Shown here: positions 25,444 to 38,993 of the stretch, piece by piece
How the letters are laid out: each line of letters begins with the position of its first letter
Position numbering within the stretch: position 1 is the stretch's first letter
Origin: Eledone cirrhosa
Lineage: Eukaryota
Length of the DNA stretch: 64,000 nucleotides
Assembly (NCBI GenBank): GCA_964016885.1
Contig: OZ024742.1
Span: 278,008,001-278,072,000, forward strand
Reading direction: 5' to 3'
Notes under the pieces: generated by a model
Database searches by the model: none
The model's input: only the letters and a program-made list of their open reading frames with translations
Told to the model about the DNA's origin: nothing
Made by a program: the position numbers and the translations under genes

Positions 25444-27541
25444 ATGGCTACGAAAAAGAAATTTCATACGTCACTCCTACTCATTCCGTCTTCTTCTTCC
25501 TCAATCATCACTACAGCAGAGAGAAGATTGTCTCTCTCCCTCCCTTCTTTAAATGTGTCTCTCTCCCCCCCTTCTCTTTCGCAAGTGACGAAAGAAAAGA
25601 AAAGTCTCGTGCAAAGCGTGCAAGGTTTCTCCACGACGACGACGACAGCGACGAAACAAGTGTGCGGGAAATACGAAAACCCAGTTCATTCGTCTGACGT
25701 CAGGAATAATAGCAGTAGCAGCCGTAATAACAACAGCAACAGTGACAATGAAAACAACAGTAGCAGCCGCAACAGCATCACCAGCAGCATAAACAACAAC
25801 AGCATTAGCAGCAGCAACACCAACAACAACCACAGCAACAGCGGCGGAGGCAGTAGTCGTAGTACCTGCAGCAACAACAAAAGTACCAGCAGCTCTGACG
25901 ACAACAACAACAGCAGAGAAAAACCAATATCATTTGCAGGTATTGCGAAAAACTTGGAAACAATCCTCATAACAAATGAGGAATTAGAGGAAGCGAAGAA
26001 GGTGGTGACAAAGAACGGACACCGAGCAATCTGCAAGGCAGCGGAAAAATTTTTCGAAACCCAAGAGCACTGTACGGTCACGTACCGTACAGTAAGTACA
26101 AAATCCCGTAGGGTGGAAAGAGCCACAGAGGCCCAAATACAAAAAGCCTTGGGGTCTGTGTGGCAGCGGAAAACGCACATCACCCGAGGCAAAAAATATG
26201 CCACCGTAGACGTACTTTTTGCCACACCCCAGGAGGCAAAGGCCCAATCAGTAGTGACCCTAAGGAGCGAGGAAATGGTGTTGGTGCCCTCCTACTGTGG
26301 GCAAAAAAATTGTGAGGGTCAAACTGACTCACGTCCCCCCCGGAATGACCCCTTCTTGGCTGGCCGCGTCTGTCCTCGTCGGAATCGAGGACAAAACAAC
26401 TGTACTGCAAGTACAGAAAAAAGTAAGAGAAGATTGGGTCGGCTCCTCCATTGAGATGCTAATCCAAACCAACCAGGAGTGCATCGAAGCTATCCCGGAT
26501 GTGATAGACTTCGATAACGGCACTCAACTGCCCATAAGTGTTGAGGGCAAACGCCCGAAATGCTTTCGCTGTGGATCGAAGACTCACCTCAGGGCCTTCT
26601 GCAACGAGAAGACCCTGAGAAAGGAGAAAACCCCCCTCCTTCCGAATCCGGCTCCACGGCTACCAGCAACAGGACAAGCGGCAACCAGGAACGATAGGCC
26701 CGTGGCACCCATACCCACTCCACGGAAATCAAAAACAGCAGCAGCAGTGGAAATACTAACAACAACAACAGCAATACCAAATGCAGCTGCAACAGAGACT
26801 CCAGTGCAAACATCACCAACAACAACAAGTGAAAGAGTGGAGCTGGTACCCCTCCCCGACCTCACAGAATCAGACATGGAGTGTGAGGTGGGAGAGAGAT
26901 GGCAAAAGGTCGTAAGAAGGCACAAACGCAGAAGCAGCGCATCGTCGCCTTTGAAAAGGGAGGAAAGAAATGAGAAAAGGGTAAAGTCTACTGCAAAGAG
27001 ACCCACAGCAGCAACAACACCAACACCATAACCACCCACACTAGCACCACCATCACCACCGGCGACAACCCCACCGCCAACAACACCTTCAACACCACCA
27101 CCACAAGCACCAACATCGCAAACACAACAACAAAACACACACACCCAGCAACAACGACAAGAAAATAGCAGAACCACACCCCACCCCCAGAAAAACAAAT
27201 GCACGGCAATAAATACACACAACAAGAAACTAATGACTTACATAATTGAACACACAGACATTTCACAACAGGACTACATAATACCAGCACCAATCAAAAC
27301 GCCAACTAACATAAGACTGCTAAAAATAGCACAGAAACAATACACAAATATTAAAACGAAATTCCCCAACGCAGTTGGTGATTTCAGGGACCTAGGAGGA
27401 ACCATCAATCGAAGAGTATACTCAGACATTCTCTTAGAAGAGCCGACGACCAGCCGAAGGGACGATTCAACGGTCCCTTCACCAGACGATCAAGTGAAAA
27501 GGGATGTAAAAACCATCCCTCCTCTACCAAAAGTACGGTAA
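25444..27541 (+). pseudogene. ORF1 of family A copy 2 (~698 aa when repaired)
   Basis: ATG 25444; +1 A at ~26303-26309; TCA>TAA at ~27029; N/S-rich linker, ISFAGIAK, CCHC knuckle. Confidence 0.85.
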
Positions 27542-27576
27542 GTGGTCTTTCCCATCTTTTCCACTCTATTTTAAAC

Positions 27577-30500
27577 ATGACCTCACTCAGAATAGGCAGC
27601 ATAAATGCGCGTGGCTTGGGGTCGTCATGGAAGCAGGGTCACCTGCTCAACGACCTCAGGTCACTAAACATAGATGTAGTGGCCATCAGCGAGACCAGAA
27701 TCTCCGAAGCACGGGCCTTCGCACCGATCTTCGGCGGCTACGATGTGTACGCATCTCCCAGCCGTCCTGGATCGGGTGGAGGAGTTGCTGTGCTTTTTCG
27801 GAGAGGTTTGGATCTCGCCATACGGGCCATCTTCCTGGACCCAGAGGGTAAGCTGGTGGTGCTGGACGTGACCAGCGGAGACGGGCAAGCTTTCAGGCTA
27901 GTGGCCGTCTATGCCCCGACAGGAGCAGGGCGGCCTGATTTCTTCCGGCGTCTGGAGACCTTTCTTGGAACGTCCCGCTCTTTAGTGTTAGTGGGCGACT
28001 GGAACGGGATCTTAGATGCACACTGGGACTGTATGGGATTAGCGGATAGGGGTGGAGGGTGCAAGAGCCTCACCAACCTGCTCAGGCGTTTTGAACTGTC
28101 TGACAGGTACCGATTGGATTTCCCGAATGTGCCAATGTGGACTTGGACAAACCGCATAGGGTCATCCACATCATATCTAGATAGAGTATTTTGTAGGGAA
28201 ATAGATAGGTCTAGCATAGGCTGTCCACAATTCAAGATAGTCAGCTACACGGACCACAAATTCGTGACCTGTGTGCTTGACTTAGATAGGCTTCATAGAC
28301 GAGGACCCGGCTACTGGAAGCTAAACTCGTCCTTACCAGCGCGCAAGGCCTACAGAGACCGGATTAGCGAACTAGTTAAGCGGGCGTTGACGGGGGCCAT
28401 CGTCAACAACAAGTGGTGGTTTGCTCTGAAAAGAGCGATTAGAATAGAATCGATTAGGTTTAGTAAGGCTTTAGCAATAGAGAAAAATAGAGCAGAGGGA
28501 GAACTAGTTAGAAAATTAGACGAGGCGCTTAGCAAAGGCATTGCGACCGACGTGCTTGCGGCGAAATTGGTCCTTGACCAATTCTTCAATACAAAGCACG
28601 AAGGCTGCGTTGTCAGAGCTAGGGTGCGTGCTCTCAGACACGAGGGAACGAAAGCCGTTCAATGGGCCCGAGTGGCGGAGGCGCGTCGTGGCAACAAAGC
28701 CACGATCCGGTCTTTGGTGGACCACGACGGGCGCATGCTACTCGATCCCGGGCAAATGTGTGAAGCTTTTCAGCGACAGTTCGCTCAGCTGTTCGGGGGC
28801 AGCGGGGGGCCGGGTAGAGTGATGGACTTTAGTGTCTACCTCGACGGACTGCCGCGGCTCTCGGCCACTGAGGCGAAGTGTTGCGAAAAGCCGATAACAG
28901 CCGCTGAAGTAAGGGAGGCAATGACTGGCTGCACAAGGGGTAAATCGCCTGGTTTGGATGGTCTGCCCTATGAACTTTACGTACAGATGCCAGACTTGTT
29001 CGGAGGCCTCTTGGCGGACGTCTACTGCAACTGGCAACAGAACGGGAGAATTCCCAGTTCTGTGAGCCGAGGAGCGGTGGCACTGCTGAGAAAGGATCCG
29101 AACAAGGGGGATAACATAGACAATTTCCGGCCCATAACTCTGCTAAACACAGAGTTCAAGATTTTGGCCAAGGTGCTAGCAAAGAGATTGGCGCTTGTCG
29201 TTGGTGGTCTGGTGGGAGAGGCGCAGACATGCGCCATTCCCGACAGATCCATCCACGACAACCTCCACCTCATGCGATACATCATAGAGAGGGTAGCTAA
29301 GGAACCTGGCACGGGTGGGTCCTTGATCAATTTAGATCAGTCGAAAGCTTTCGATAGGGTCGACCATCGTTACCTAGCGGCAGTCCTTTGGGCCCGTCTT
29401 CAGAGGCTGGATCGCTGCCATGCACAGCGACATCTGCTCTGTGGTGAGAGTGAACGGTCACCTGTCGGAACCGTTCAACATCATGCGCTCGGTCCGCCAA
29501 GGATGTCCCATCTCGTCCCTCTTGTACGTATTGACTCTCGAGCCATTACTGCACAAACTGGAGACGTTGAGGGGAGTCCCGCGCGAACTAGGATGCTGAA
29601 GATCCGTGTCAGCATATGCGGACGATGTCACCGTAGTGGTGTCGAACGCCAAACACATCGAGGCGATCGGCACTACACTAAGAGAATACGAAGCGGTGAC
29701 AGGAGCAATGATCAACCAGGAAAAGTCGGTGGGCCTGCAGCTCGGCACCTGGAGAGGCAGGTCCATGCCGTCCAACAGCGTCGTCGGGTGCTGGACGGAC
29801 GGACCGGTTAAATTGCTAGGGGTCTGGTTCGGTCCGGACCTCCAGGCGGACAAAAACTGGGACGAGGTGACGAGCAGGGTGGCTTCTCTCACCCAGAAAT
29901 GGGCCGAGAGGAAGCTATCCCTGAAAGGTCGAGCGGAGGTGGCTAACGCGTACATCGCGTCTGTCATCTGCTACCGCCTAACCGTCGTACCTTGTCCTAA
30001 GCCCCGCCTGACTGCGCTGGAGCGTTTGCTCTTTCGCTTTTTGTGGAAGGGACGTGCTCCGATGGTCAGGCGGTCCATCTGTTGTCAACACCCGCTACGT
30101 GGAGGGCTGGGCATGCCGTGGCTGATGATGCGCAGGCACGCGCTCAGGCTACGACATCTCCACCTCTTCCTCGACGGTAATCAGGTGTGGTCGCCCTTGC
30201 TAGACGCGTTTTTCCCCAGCTCGTTTCCTTGACGGAGCTGCAGTCCTGGGTCAAGCGAAGACCGAGAGGGAGCGCCTGGAGACTGGAATGTCTTCAGGCG
30301 CTCACAGCCCTCGACCAATCGGGCAATGTGATCGGTGGAAACTCCACCTCGGCGTTCTATAGAGGATTAGTGGAGGGGAAGAGCGACGACGTACTTGGGG
30401 AAACTCTAGGCGTCGACGAAAATCAACTAGCCAATCTCTTCGGAAGAACTTACGGGCCAGGGCCTATGGACAACTTCCAGAAATCTCTGGCCTGGCAGTG

Positions 30501-30981
30501 CTACCGAGGAGCCTTGCCAGTTCGGGATAAACTCTACAGGCATGGAGGTGCCGTCAGCCGGGCATGTCCGAGATGCGCGCAGGGCGACGAAACCGTCCTG
30601 CACGCACTCGTCCAGTGTCCGAAAATTGCTGACTTGTGGGTTTATGTCGAACACCTGCTGTCGCGTTTAGGACGGATCCAGCTATCATCTGAGTCCATCG
30701 TGAGGATTGCCCCGCCCTCCTCCTTTAGCCGGGAAGGGCAGGCAGTTTTTATCTGTCTGGTGGCCATGGCGAAAGAGATAGTATGGTGGACACGTTTGAA
30801 AGGGCTGAAGACGAGCACTTACCTCTTCGGTGATGCTCTGATTGACTTTTTCAAATTTCATTTGAAAAGGAAAATCAGAGTAGAGAGGGAAGTGCTCTCT
30901 TCCCAGCATTTTATTGAAAGATGGGTGAGAGAAGCAAGAATGGCCCGAGTGAATGGGCCGACTCTGAGTATATATCTGTAA
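27577..30981 (+). pseudogene. ORF2 of family A copy 2 (APE-RT), frameshifted
   Basis: 14-bp deletion at ~29387, stop at ~29597, 1-bp deletion at ~30196 relative to copy 1. Confidence 0.9.
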
Positions 30982-31240
30982 ACTAAAGGTGGAAAACTGG
31001 GAGAGGGCACTTGCCTTGGTGGTCAGGGTCATTGTGGCTTTTTACTGGGCTTTCTCCACAAATGTCCCTCCGAAGTCTCCCCCCTATTGGGGAATTTTTC
31101 ATTGTTATTTTCATTGTTATTTTTGTTACATCCTCTGTTTTTGTTTTTTTACACGCAGAAATGCCCATTTGTACCGTCCTGCATTGTCCTGCACTGTCCT
31201 TAATGTCTACTTTATGTAAACCCTTGTGGTTAATAAAGAA

Positions 31241-31312
<72 letters not shown>

Positions 31313-31326
31313 GTTATTATTTTTTA

Positions 31327-31542
31327 GGGCGGTGGATTGACAGTATCGGTAGAGGGTCGGACACCATTCTTTGCAGCATAGAGTTACGTCTCTTTAGGAT
31401 CTGTTTTAAAATCCCGCCGAGGTTAACTTTGCCTTTCATACTTACGGGATCGATAACGTAAAGTACCAGTCACGTACTGGGGTCGATTTAATCGACTTTC
31501 TCCTCCCCCAAAATTGCTGGCCTTGTGCCTATATAAGAAACC
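31327..31542 (+). mobile_element. tRNA-derived SINE (octopus OR-like) inserted in (TTA)n
   Basis: Degenerate A/B-box head (GGCGGTGGATTGACAG...TTTTAAAATCCCGCC), central GCCTTTCAT...CGATAA..AAGTACCAGT...ACTGGGGTCGAT, tail CCTTGTGCCTATATAAGAAACC; further copies at 46630, 46955 and 52164. Confidence 0.8.
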
Positions 31543-31569
31543 ATTATTATTATTATTATTATTATTATT

Positions 31570-34500
31570 GAATGCCATGGTTGACGGATGCTTGGCTAGT
31601 AAGGTATAGTAATATTTAACCGCTATAACAATTGTAAGTTGTTTAAAACTTGAACCAAATTGTAGATAAAAACACCCTCCTCATCGTGAGAGGGGTTTTC
31701 TGCCCGTTATTTGGCCCTTCGGGGTTAAATAACCGATTATTGGCGGTTTGTGCCTAATATTCATTTTAAACTGTAAAAAAAAAAACATGGCTACAAAAAG
31801 AATTTTCACAAGTCTTTCCGTCTTCTTCCTCAATCGTTATTACATCAGAGAAAAGATTGTCTCTCTCCCTCCCTTCTCTAAATGTGGTGTCGCCTCTTTC
31901 GCAACCGACGCCATTAAGAAAAAGAAAAATATAGTTTCTGGTAGCTTTCACCAAGAGAACGTGCATACCGTAGAGCATTTCTCAACGACGACGACAACGA
32001 CGAAAAATGAGTGCGGTAAATAAGGAAAGCCATTGCATTCGTCTGACGTCATGAAGAATAGCAGCAGCAGCAGCCGTAATAACAGCAGCAGCAGCAACAG
32101 TGACAAGGAAAACACTAGTAGCAGCCGCAACAACAACAGCAGCAGCATAAAACAACAACAGCAGCAACAGCAACAACAACAGCAGCAACAACGACGGCGG
32201 CGGTCGTAGTACCAGCAGCAACAACAAAAGTAACAGCAGCTCTGACGACAACAACAACAACAACAAGAAAGAAAAACCAATCTCGTTTGCCGGTATCGCA
32301 AAGAACCTGGAAACCATCCTTATAACAAATGAGGAATTACAGGAAGCAAAGAAGATGGTGACGAAAACCGGACACCGAGCAATCTGCAAGGCAGCCGAAA
32401 CATTTTTCGAAACCCAACAACACTGTACGGTCACGTACCGTAAAGCAAGCACAAAATCCCGTAGGGTTGAAAGAGCCACAGAGGCTCAAATACAAAAATC
32501 CTTAGGGTCTGTGTGGCAGTGGAAAACGCATATCACCCGAGGCAAGAAATATGCCACCGTGGAAGTGCTTTTTGCCACACCCCAGGAGGCAAAGTGACCC
32601 TAAGGAGCGAGGAAATAGTGTTGGTACCCTCCTACTGCGGGCAAAAAATTGTGAGGGTCAAACTGACCCACGTCCCCCCCGGGATGGCCCCTTCTTGACT
32701 GGCCGCGTCTGTCCTCGTCGGAATCGAGGACAAAACAACTGTACTGCAAGTACAGAAAAAAGTACGAGAAGATTGGGTCGGCACTTCCATTGAGATGTTA
32801 ATCCAAACCAACCAGGAGTGCATCGAAGCTATCCCGGATGTGATAGACTTCGATAACGGCACTCAACTGCCCATAAGTGTTGAGGGCAAACGCCCGAAAT
32901 GCTTTCGCTGAGGATCGAAGACTCACCTCAGGGCCTTCTGCAATGAGAAGACCCTGAGAAAGAAGAAAACCCCCCTCCTTCCGAAACCGGCTCCACTGCT
33001 ACCAGCAACAGGACAGGCGGCAAGCAGGAAGGATAGGTCCGTGGCACCCATACCCACCCCACGGAAATCAAGAACAGCAACAGCAGTGGAAGTATTAACA
33101 ACAAAAACAGTAATACCAACTTCAGCTGCAACAGAGACTCCACTGCAAACATCACAACAACAATAAATGAAAGAGTGGAGCTGGTACCCCTCCCCGACCT
33201 CGCAGGAATCGGACATGGAGTGTGAGGTGGGAGAGGGATGGGAAAAGGTCGCGAGAAGGCACACACGCAGAAGCAGCGCATCGTCGCGTTCGAAAAGGGA
33301 GGAAAGAAATGAAAAAAGGGTAAAGGCTACTGCAAAGAGACTTACAGCAGCAACACCACCGACACCATCACTACCCACACTAGCACCACCATCACCACCG
33401 GCGGCAACCCCACCGCCAACAACACCTTCAACGCCACCACCACAAGCACCAACATAGCAAACACAACAACAAAACACACACACCAAGCAACAACGACAAG
33501 AAAATAGCAGAACCATACCCCACCCCCAGAAAAAGAAATGCACAGCAATAAATACACACAACAAGAAACTAATGAGTTACATAATTGAACACACAGACAT
33601 TTCACAGCACGACTACATAATACCAGCACCAATCAAAACACCAACGAACATAAGACTGGTAAGAATAGCACAGAAACAATGCACAAACATTAAAACGAAA
33701 TTCCGCAACGCAGTTGGTGATTTCAGAGACCTAGGAGGGACACTCAACCGGAGAGTATATTCGGATATACTCACAGAAGAGCCGACGACCAGCCGAAAGC
33801 AAGATTTAACGGCCCCTTCACCAGACGATTAAGTGAAAAGGGATGGAGAAACCATCCTTCCTCTACGAGAAGTAAGGTAAGTGGTCTTTGCCAACTTTTC
33901 CATTCCATTTCATGACCTCACTCAGAATAGGCAGCATAAATGCGCGTGGCTTGGGGTCGTCATGGAAGCAGGCCACCTGCTCAACGACCTCAGGTCACTA
34001 AACATAGATGTAGTGGCCATCAGCCAGACCAGAATATCCGAAGCACGGGCCTTCGCACCGATCTTCGGCGGCTACGATGTGTACGCACCTCCCAGCCGTC
34101 CGGGATCGGGGGAGGAGTTGCTGTGCTTTTTCGGAGAGGTTTGGATCTCGCCATACGGGCCATCTTCCGGGACCCAGAAGGTAAGTTGGTGGTGCTGGAC
34201 GTGACTAGCGGAGACGGGCAAGCTTTCAGGCTAGTGGCCGTCTATGCCCCGACAGGAGCAGGGCGGCCTGATTTCTTCCGGTGCCTGGAGACCTTTCTAG
34301 GAACGTCCCGCTCTTTAGTGTTAGTGGGCGACTGGAACGGAATCTTAGATGCACACTGGAACTCTGTGGGATTAGCGGATAGGGGAGGAGGGTGCAAGAG
34401 CTCACCAACCTGCTCAGGCGTTTCGAACTGTTTGACAGGTACCGATTGGATTTCCCGAATGTGCCAATGTGAACTTGGACAAACAGCATCGGGTCATCCA

Positions 34501-35856
34501 TATCATATCTAGGTAGAGTATTTTGTAGGGAAATAGATAGGTCTAGCATAGGCTGTCCACAATTCAAGATAGTCAGCTACACGGACCACAAATTTGTGAT
34601 CTGTGTGCTTGACTTAGATATACGTCTTAGACGCGTCCTTACCAGCGCGCAAGGCCTACAGAGACCGGATTAGCGAACTAGTTAAGCGAGCGTTGACGGG
34701 GGCCATCGACAACAACAAGTGGTGGTTTGCTCTGAAAAGAACGATTAGAATAGAGTCCATTAGGTTTAGTAAGGCTTTAGCTATAGAGAAAAATAGAGCA
34801 AAGGGAGAATTAGTTAGAAAATTAGACGAGGCGCTTAGCAAAGGCATCGCGACCGACGTACTTGCGGCGAAATTGGCCCTTGACCAATTCTTCAATGCAA
34901 AGCGCGACAGTTCGCTCAGCTGTTCGGGGGCAGCGGGGGGCCGGGTAGAGTGATGGACTTTAGTGTCTACCTCGACGGACTGCCGCGGCTCTCGGCCACT
35001 GAGGCAGAGTGTTGCGAAAAGCCGATAACAGCCGCTGAAGTACGGGAGGCAATGACGGGCTGCACAATGGGTAATTCGCCTGGTTTGGATGGTCTGCCCT
35101 ATGAACTTTACGTACAGATGCCAGACTTGTTCGGAAGCCTCTTGGCGGACGTCTACTGCAACTGGCAACAAATGGGACGAGGTGGCTTCTCTCACCTAGA
35201 AATGGGCGGAGAAGAAGCTATCCCTGAAAGGTCGAGCGGAGGTGGCCAACGCGTACATCGCGTCCGTCATCTACTACCGCCTGACCGTCGTATCTTGTCC
35301 TAAGCCCCGCCTGACTGCGCTGGAGCGTTTGCTCTTTCGCATTTTGTGGAAGGGACGCGCTCCGATGGTCAGGCGGTCCATCTGCTGTCAACACCCGCTA
35401 CGTGGAGGGCTGGGAATGCCGTGGCTGATGATGCGCAGATACGCGCTCAGGCTACGACATCTCCACCTCTTCCTCGACGGTGATCAGGTGTGGTCACCGT
35501 TTTTTCTAGACGCGTCTTTCCCCAGCTCGTCTCCTTGACGGAGCTGCAGTCCTGGGTCAAGCGAAGACCGAGAGGGAGCACTTGGAGACTGGAATGTCTT
35601 CAGGCGCTCACAGCCCTCGACGAATCGGGCAATGTGATCGGTGGAAACTCCACCTTGGTGTTCTATAGAGGATTAGTGGAGGAGAAGAGCGACGACGTAC
35701 TTGGGGAAACTCTAGGCGTCAAAGAAAATCAACTACCCAATCTCTTCGGAAGAACTTTCGGGCCGGGGCTATGGACAACTTCCAGAAATCCCTGGCCTGG
35801 CAGTGCTACTGAGGAGCTTTGCCAGTTCGGGATAAACTCTACAGGCATGGAGGTGC
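31570..35856 (+). mobile_element. Tx1-like LINE, family A copy 3 (older, multiply deleted, 3' end lost)
   Basis: Same 5' junction (ATT)n-GAATGCCATGG; many stops; internal deletions at ~34620, ~34903 and ~35172. Confidence 0.9.
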
Positions 35857-38077
35857 CCATCACATCATGTCTCCAGCCTTTATAGCGAGTCTGGGCTAGG
35901 TGTTTACACTTGGATACAATGTGAGCCACAGTCTCCTCTCTCTCTCCACAGATCCTACACAGTGGGCTAGCCTCCTCCTTGTAAATATGGTGTTTCACCC
36001 ACTTCGTTTTGAAGGCCTGCTCTTGCGCAGCCATTAGCATTCCTTCTGTAAGGTCTCTTCTTTTCAATCAGTTCCATGTCTGTGGATCTCTAAATTCAGT
36101 TTTCTAAAAGTAGGCACGCTGAAGGGATTTTTCATGAAAGTTGCTCTTTCTCCTTGTTATTTCCTCCTTGGACATCCCCTGGTCTATTGTCCTCTCCTTC
36201 AGTACAATTCTGAGCATTGGCTCCCTACTATCCTTAAGTAGAGTCTATCGACATCACTCCTTTTGTGGAACATATTGTAGATAGTCAATAGCTTCCTAGT
36301 CTTCCTATCCATTTCTTTTTGTTCAGCAACATTCCATCTCAGAATTCCCGCACTGTACCTAATAATAGACACAGCTCGGGAATTTACTGCACTTATGGCA
36401 TTCCTACTGTTCAGATGTGACTTTAGTACGCTCCTTACTCTCCGAATGTATTCAGATCTTATCAATTCCTTCATTTCTTTGTTCTTGATCTCGTCAGCCT
36501 CCAGAACACCTAGATATTTGTATCCTTCTTCAGCATCAATTTCCTTTATCATCTCACCTGTTGATACCTGGATTCCGTTGCTTCTGCTCAATTTACCCCT
36601 CTTCATCACAAGAACTCCACACTTACCAAATTGCATACATATATCATTGCTGAAAATACGGACAGTGTCAACAAGCACATCCAACTCCCTCTCACTCTTC
36701 CCGAAGTGCTTAAGTTCGTCCATGAAGAGGAGGTGACTCCCAAGGAATCTCCGCCCGATGTTAACTCTGTTTTCCAGGACTTCATACTCTTGCTTAACAA
36801 CTGTCTGATGTTATCTGCCACCCTGAAGATCTCTAGGCTTTTGGTTATCCAAGAATGAGGTACCATGTCGAATGCCCTTTTGTAGTCTATCCATCCCATG
36901 GCAAGACCAGTGTGTCTCCTCCTGAAATCCTCATTACCATCTTATCAATAAGTAACTGGTCCTTTGTACCACGGGACTTCTTTCGGCATCGTTTCTGTTC
37001 GTCCGGTAACAAGTTGTTTATGTGGAGGTGATGGTATATTTCCTCAGACACAATGCTTGTTAACAGTTTCCACATTACGGACAGACATTTGATAGGTCTA
37101 TAGTTGGTAACATCATTACCCTTGGTTCGGTCTTTCATTACCAGAACTGTGGTACCTTTTGTCAACTACCCTGGTACCTCACCTGACATCAAGCAGTCAT
37201 TGAACATGGTTGTCAGTTTCGGGTGGAGGGATGTTATATTTTTAATCCAATACCCCTGCACACCATCTGGGCCTGGTGATTTCCAGTTGGTTAGTTTTCT
37301 GGCCTGCCCCTAAAGAGTTTCAATTGTGATACTCAAATCAGTTTGTTCGTGAGCCTGTTCACTAATCTCCTTTTGTACTGTCTCAATCCACACTGCCTGA
37401 TCATTATGTTCAACACCCTGCTCCCATATTCCTCTCCAGAATGCCTTAGTTTGTTCCGCCTCAGGGATCAAGTCGTTGCCTCTTTCTTTCCCTTGAAGCT
37501 GTCCAAACAACATTTTCTGGTTGTTGTCAAACATGCGGTTCTATCTATACTGACTGACTCTGCTCTCGTATCGCCTAATTTTTGCACTCTTTGCTACAAT
37601 GCGTTACTTCAGTTCCTCTATGATAATATTTAGCTTTTTCCTCCTAGTTTTGTACTTTATTTCCAGTCTATTTTTAGTGTCTATGTTTTTTAGTGTCCCA
37701 TTCAGTAGGGACTCAAGCTTTCCAATGTCATTTCTCATTTCCCTGATTTGACCATTCAATCGTTTCTTCCACCAAGGTTCTGATCTTTCTTGTTTGTTGT
37801 TTCCTCTGGCTTTTATGCCAAGTAATTTCCTCACCGCATTTGCTGTTGCTTTGAGGATATTTTTGCACTGGTGAAGGTTCCTCGTCTCAAGGTATGGGAT
37901 GACTTTGTTTACCTTAGCTGTTGTTTCTTTTAACTTTATCCTGTCTACAAATCTTAGGTTCATAGGTTTCCCACTATCATTGTTCATTTCATCTACCACT
38001 AAGTTTAGGATATCAACCAAATATTGTCCTAGCCCGTCAGCATTCATCTCCTCAATGTTCGTATATCTTCCCTTCTC
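35853..38077 (-). mobile_element. R4/Dong-type LINE copy F (extends furthest 5', 3' end deleted)
   Basis: EPWWKKRL, KSPGPDG, WIDYKRAFD, CRICGEREETVAHIVSKC, WRHD; the segment containing QGD is deleted at ~36737. Confidence 0.9.
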
Positions 38078-38109
<32 letters not shown>

Positions 38110-38341
38110 TTATCCCAGGAAACCCGCGTATAGGAGAAATACAAAGGATAGTACTAATGGGAACTGCCCATATACTAAGGAAGATTCTGTCAATATAAGT
38201 ACATCACAAGTCTAAACACTAAAGATGCATGTGTGAGTATGTATGTTCTTCCTTGAACATGGCGGACCTTGTTGTCTCTTGAGGTCACTGGTTGTGACTT
38301 GGTGATAACTCGTATGAACATAAAGCAAGATAAATGCAACT

Positions 38342-38342
<1 letters not shown>
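38110..38342 (+). mobile_element. 3' fragment of a second R4-type RLE LINE family in (TAA)n
   Basis: IPGNPRIGEIQRIVLMGTAHILRKILSI* resembles the RLE C-terminus (LQKACLLGTARTLRYVLNI); different 3' UTR; (TAA)n on both sides. Confidence 0.7.
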
Positions 38343-38373
<31 letters not shown>

Positions 38374-38589
38374 TATTATTATTATTATTGATTTCTGTTT
38401 TCAGTTCGACATTGAGCATCTTAATTCATTTTCTACTTATCACTTTGATTTATATGTTGCTGTTGTTGTTGTTATCCTCGTTGTTTTCTTTATTGTTTAA
38501 ATACGTCATCTTCTGCCTCCTCTTCCTCATAATTATCGTCATTATTGATATTAATACTACTAACCTCAGCATGACCAATATTCATATCA

Positions 38590-38993
<404 letters not shown>

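Larger units (their letters stand above)
25228..31241 (+). mobile_element. Tx1-like LINE, family A copy 2 (full length, disabled)
   Basis: Same termini as copy 1 and nearly identical sequence; flanked by (TTA)n. Confidence 0.93.

Noticed and set aside
31327-31420. tRNA-like A/B boxes
   Set aside because: SINE head without a cloverleaf; not a tRNA gene.
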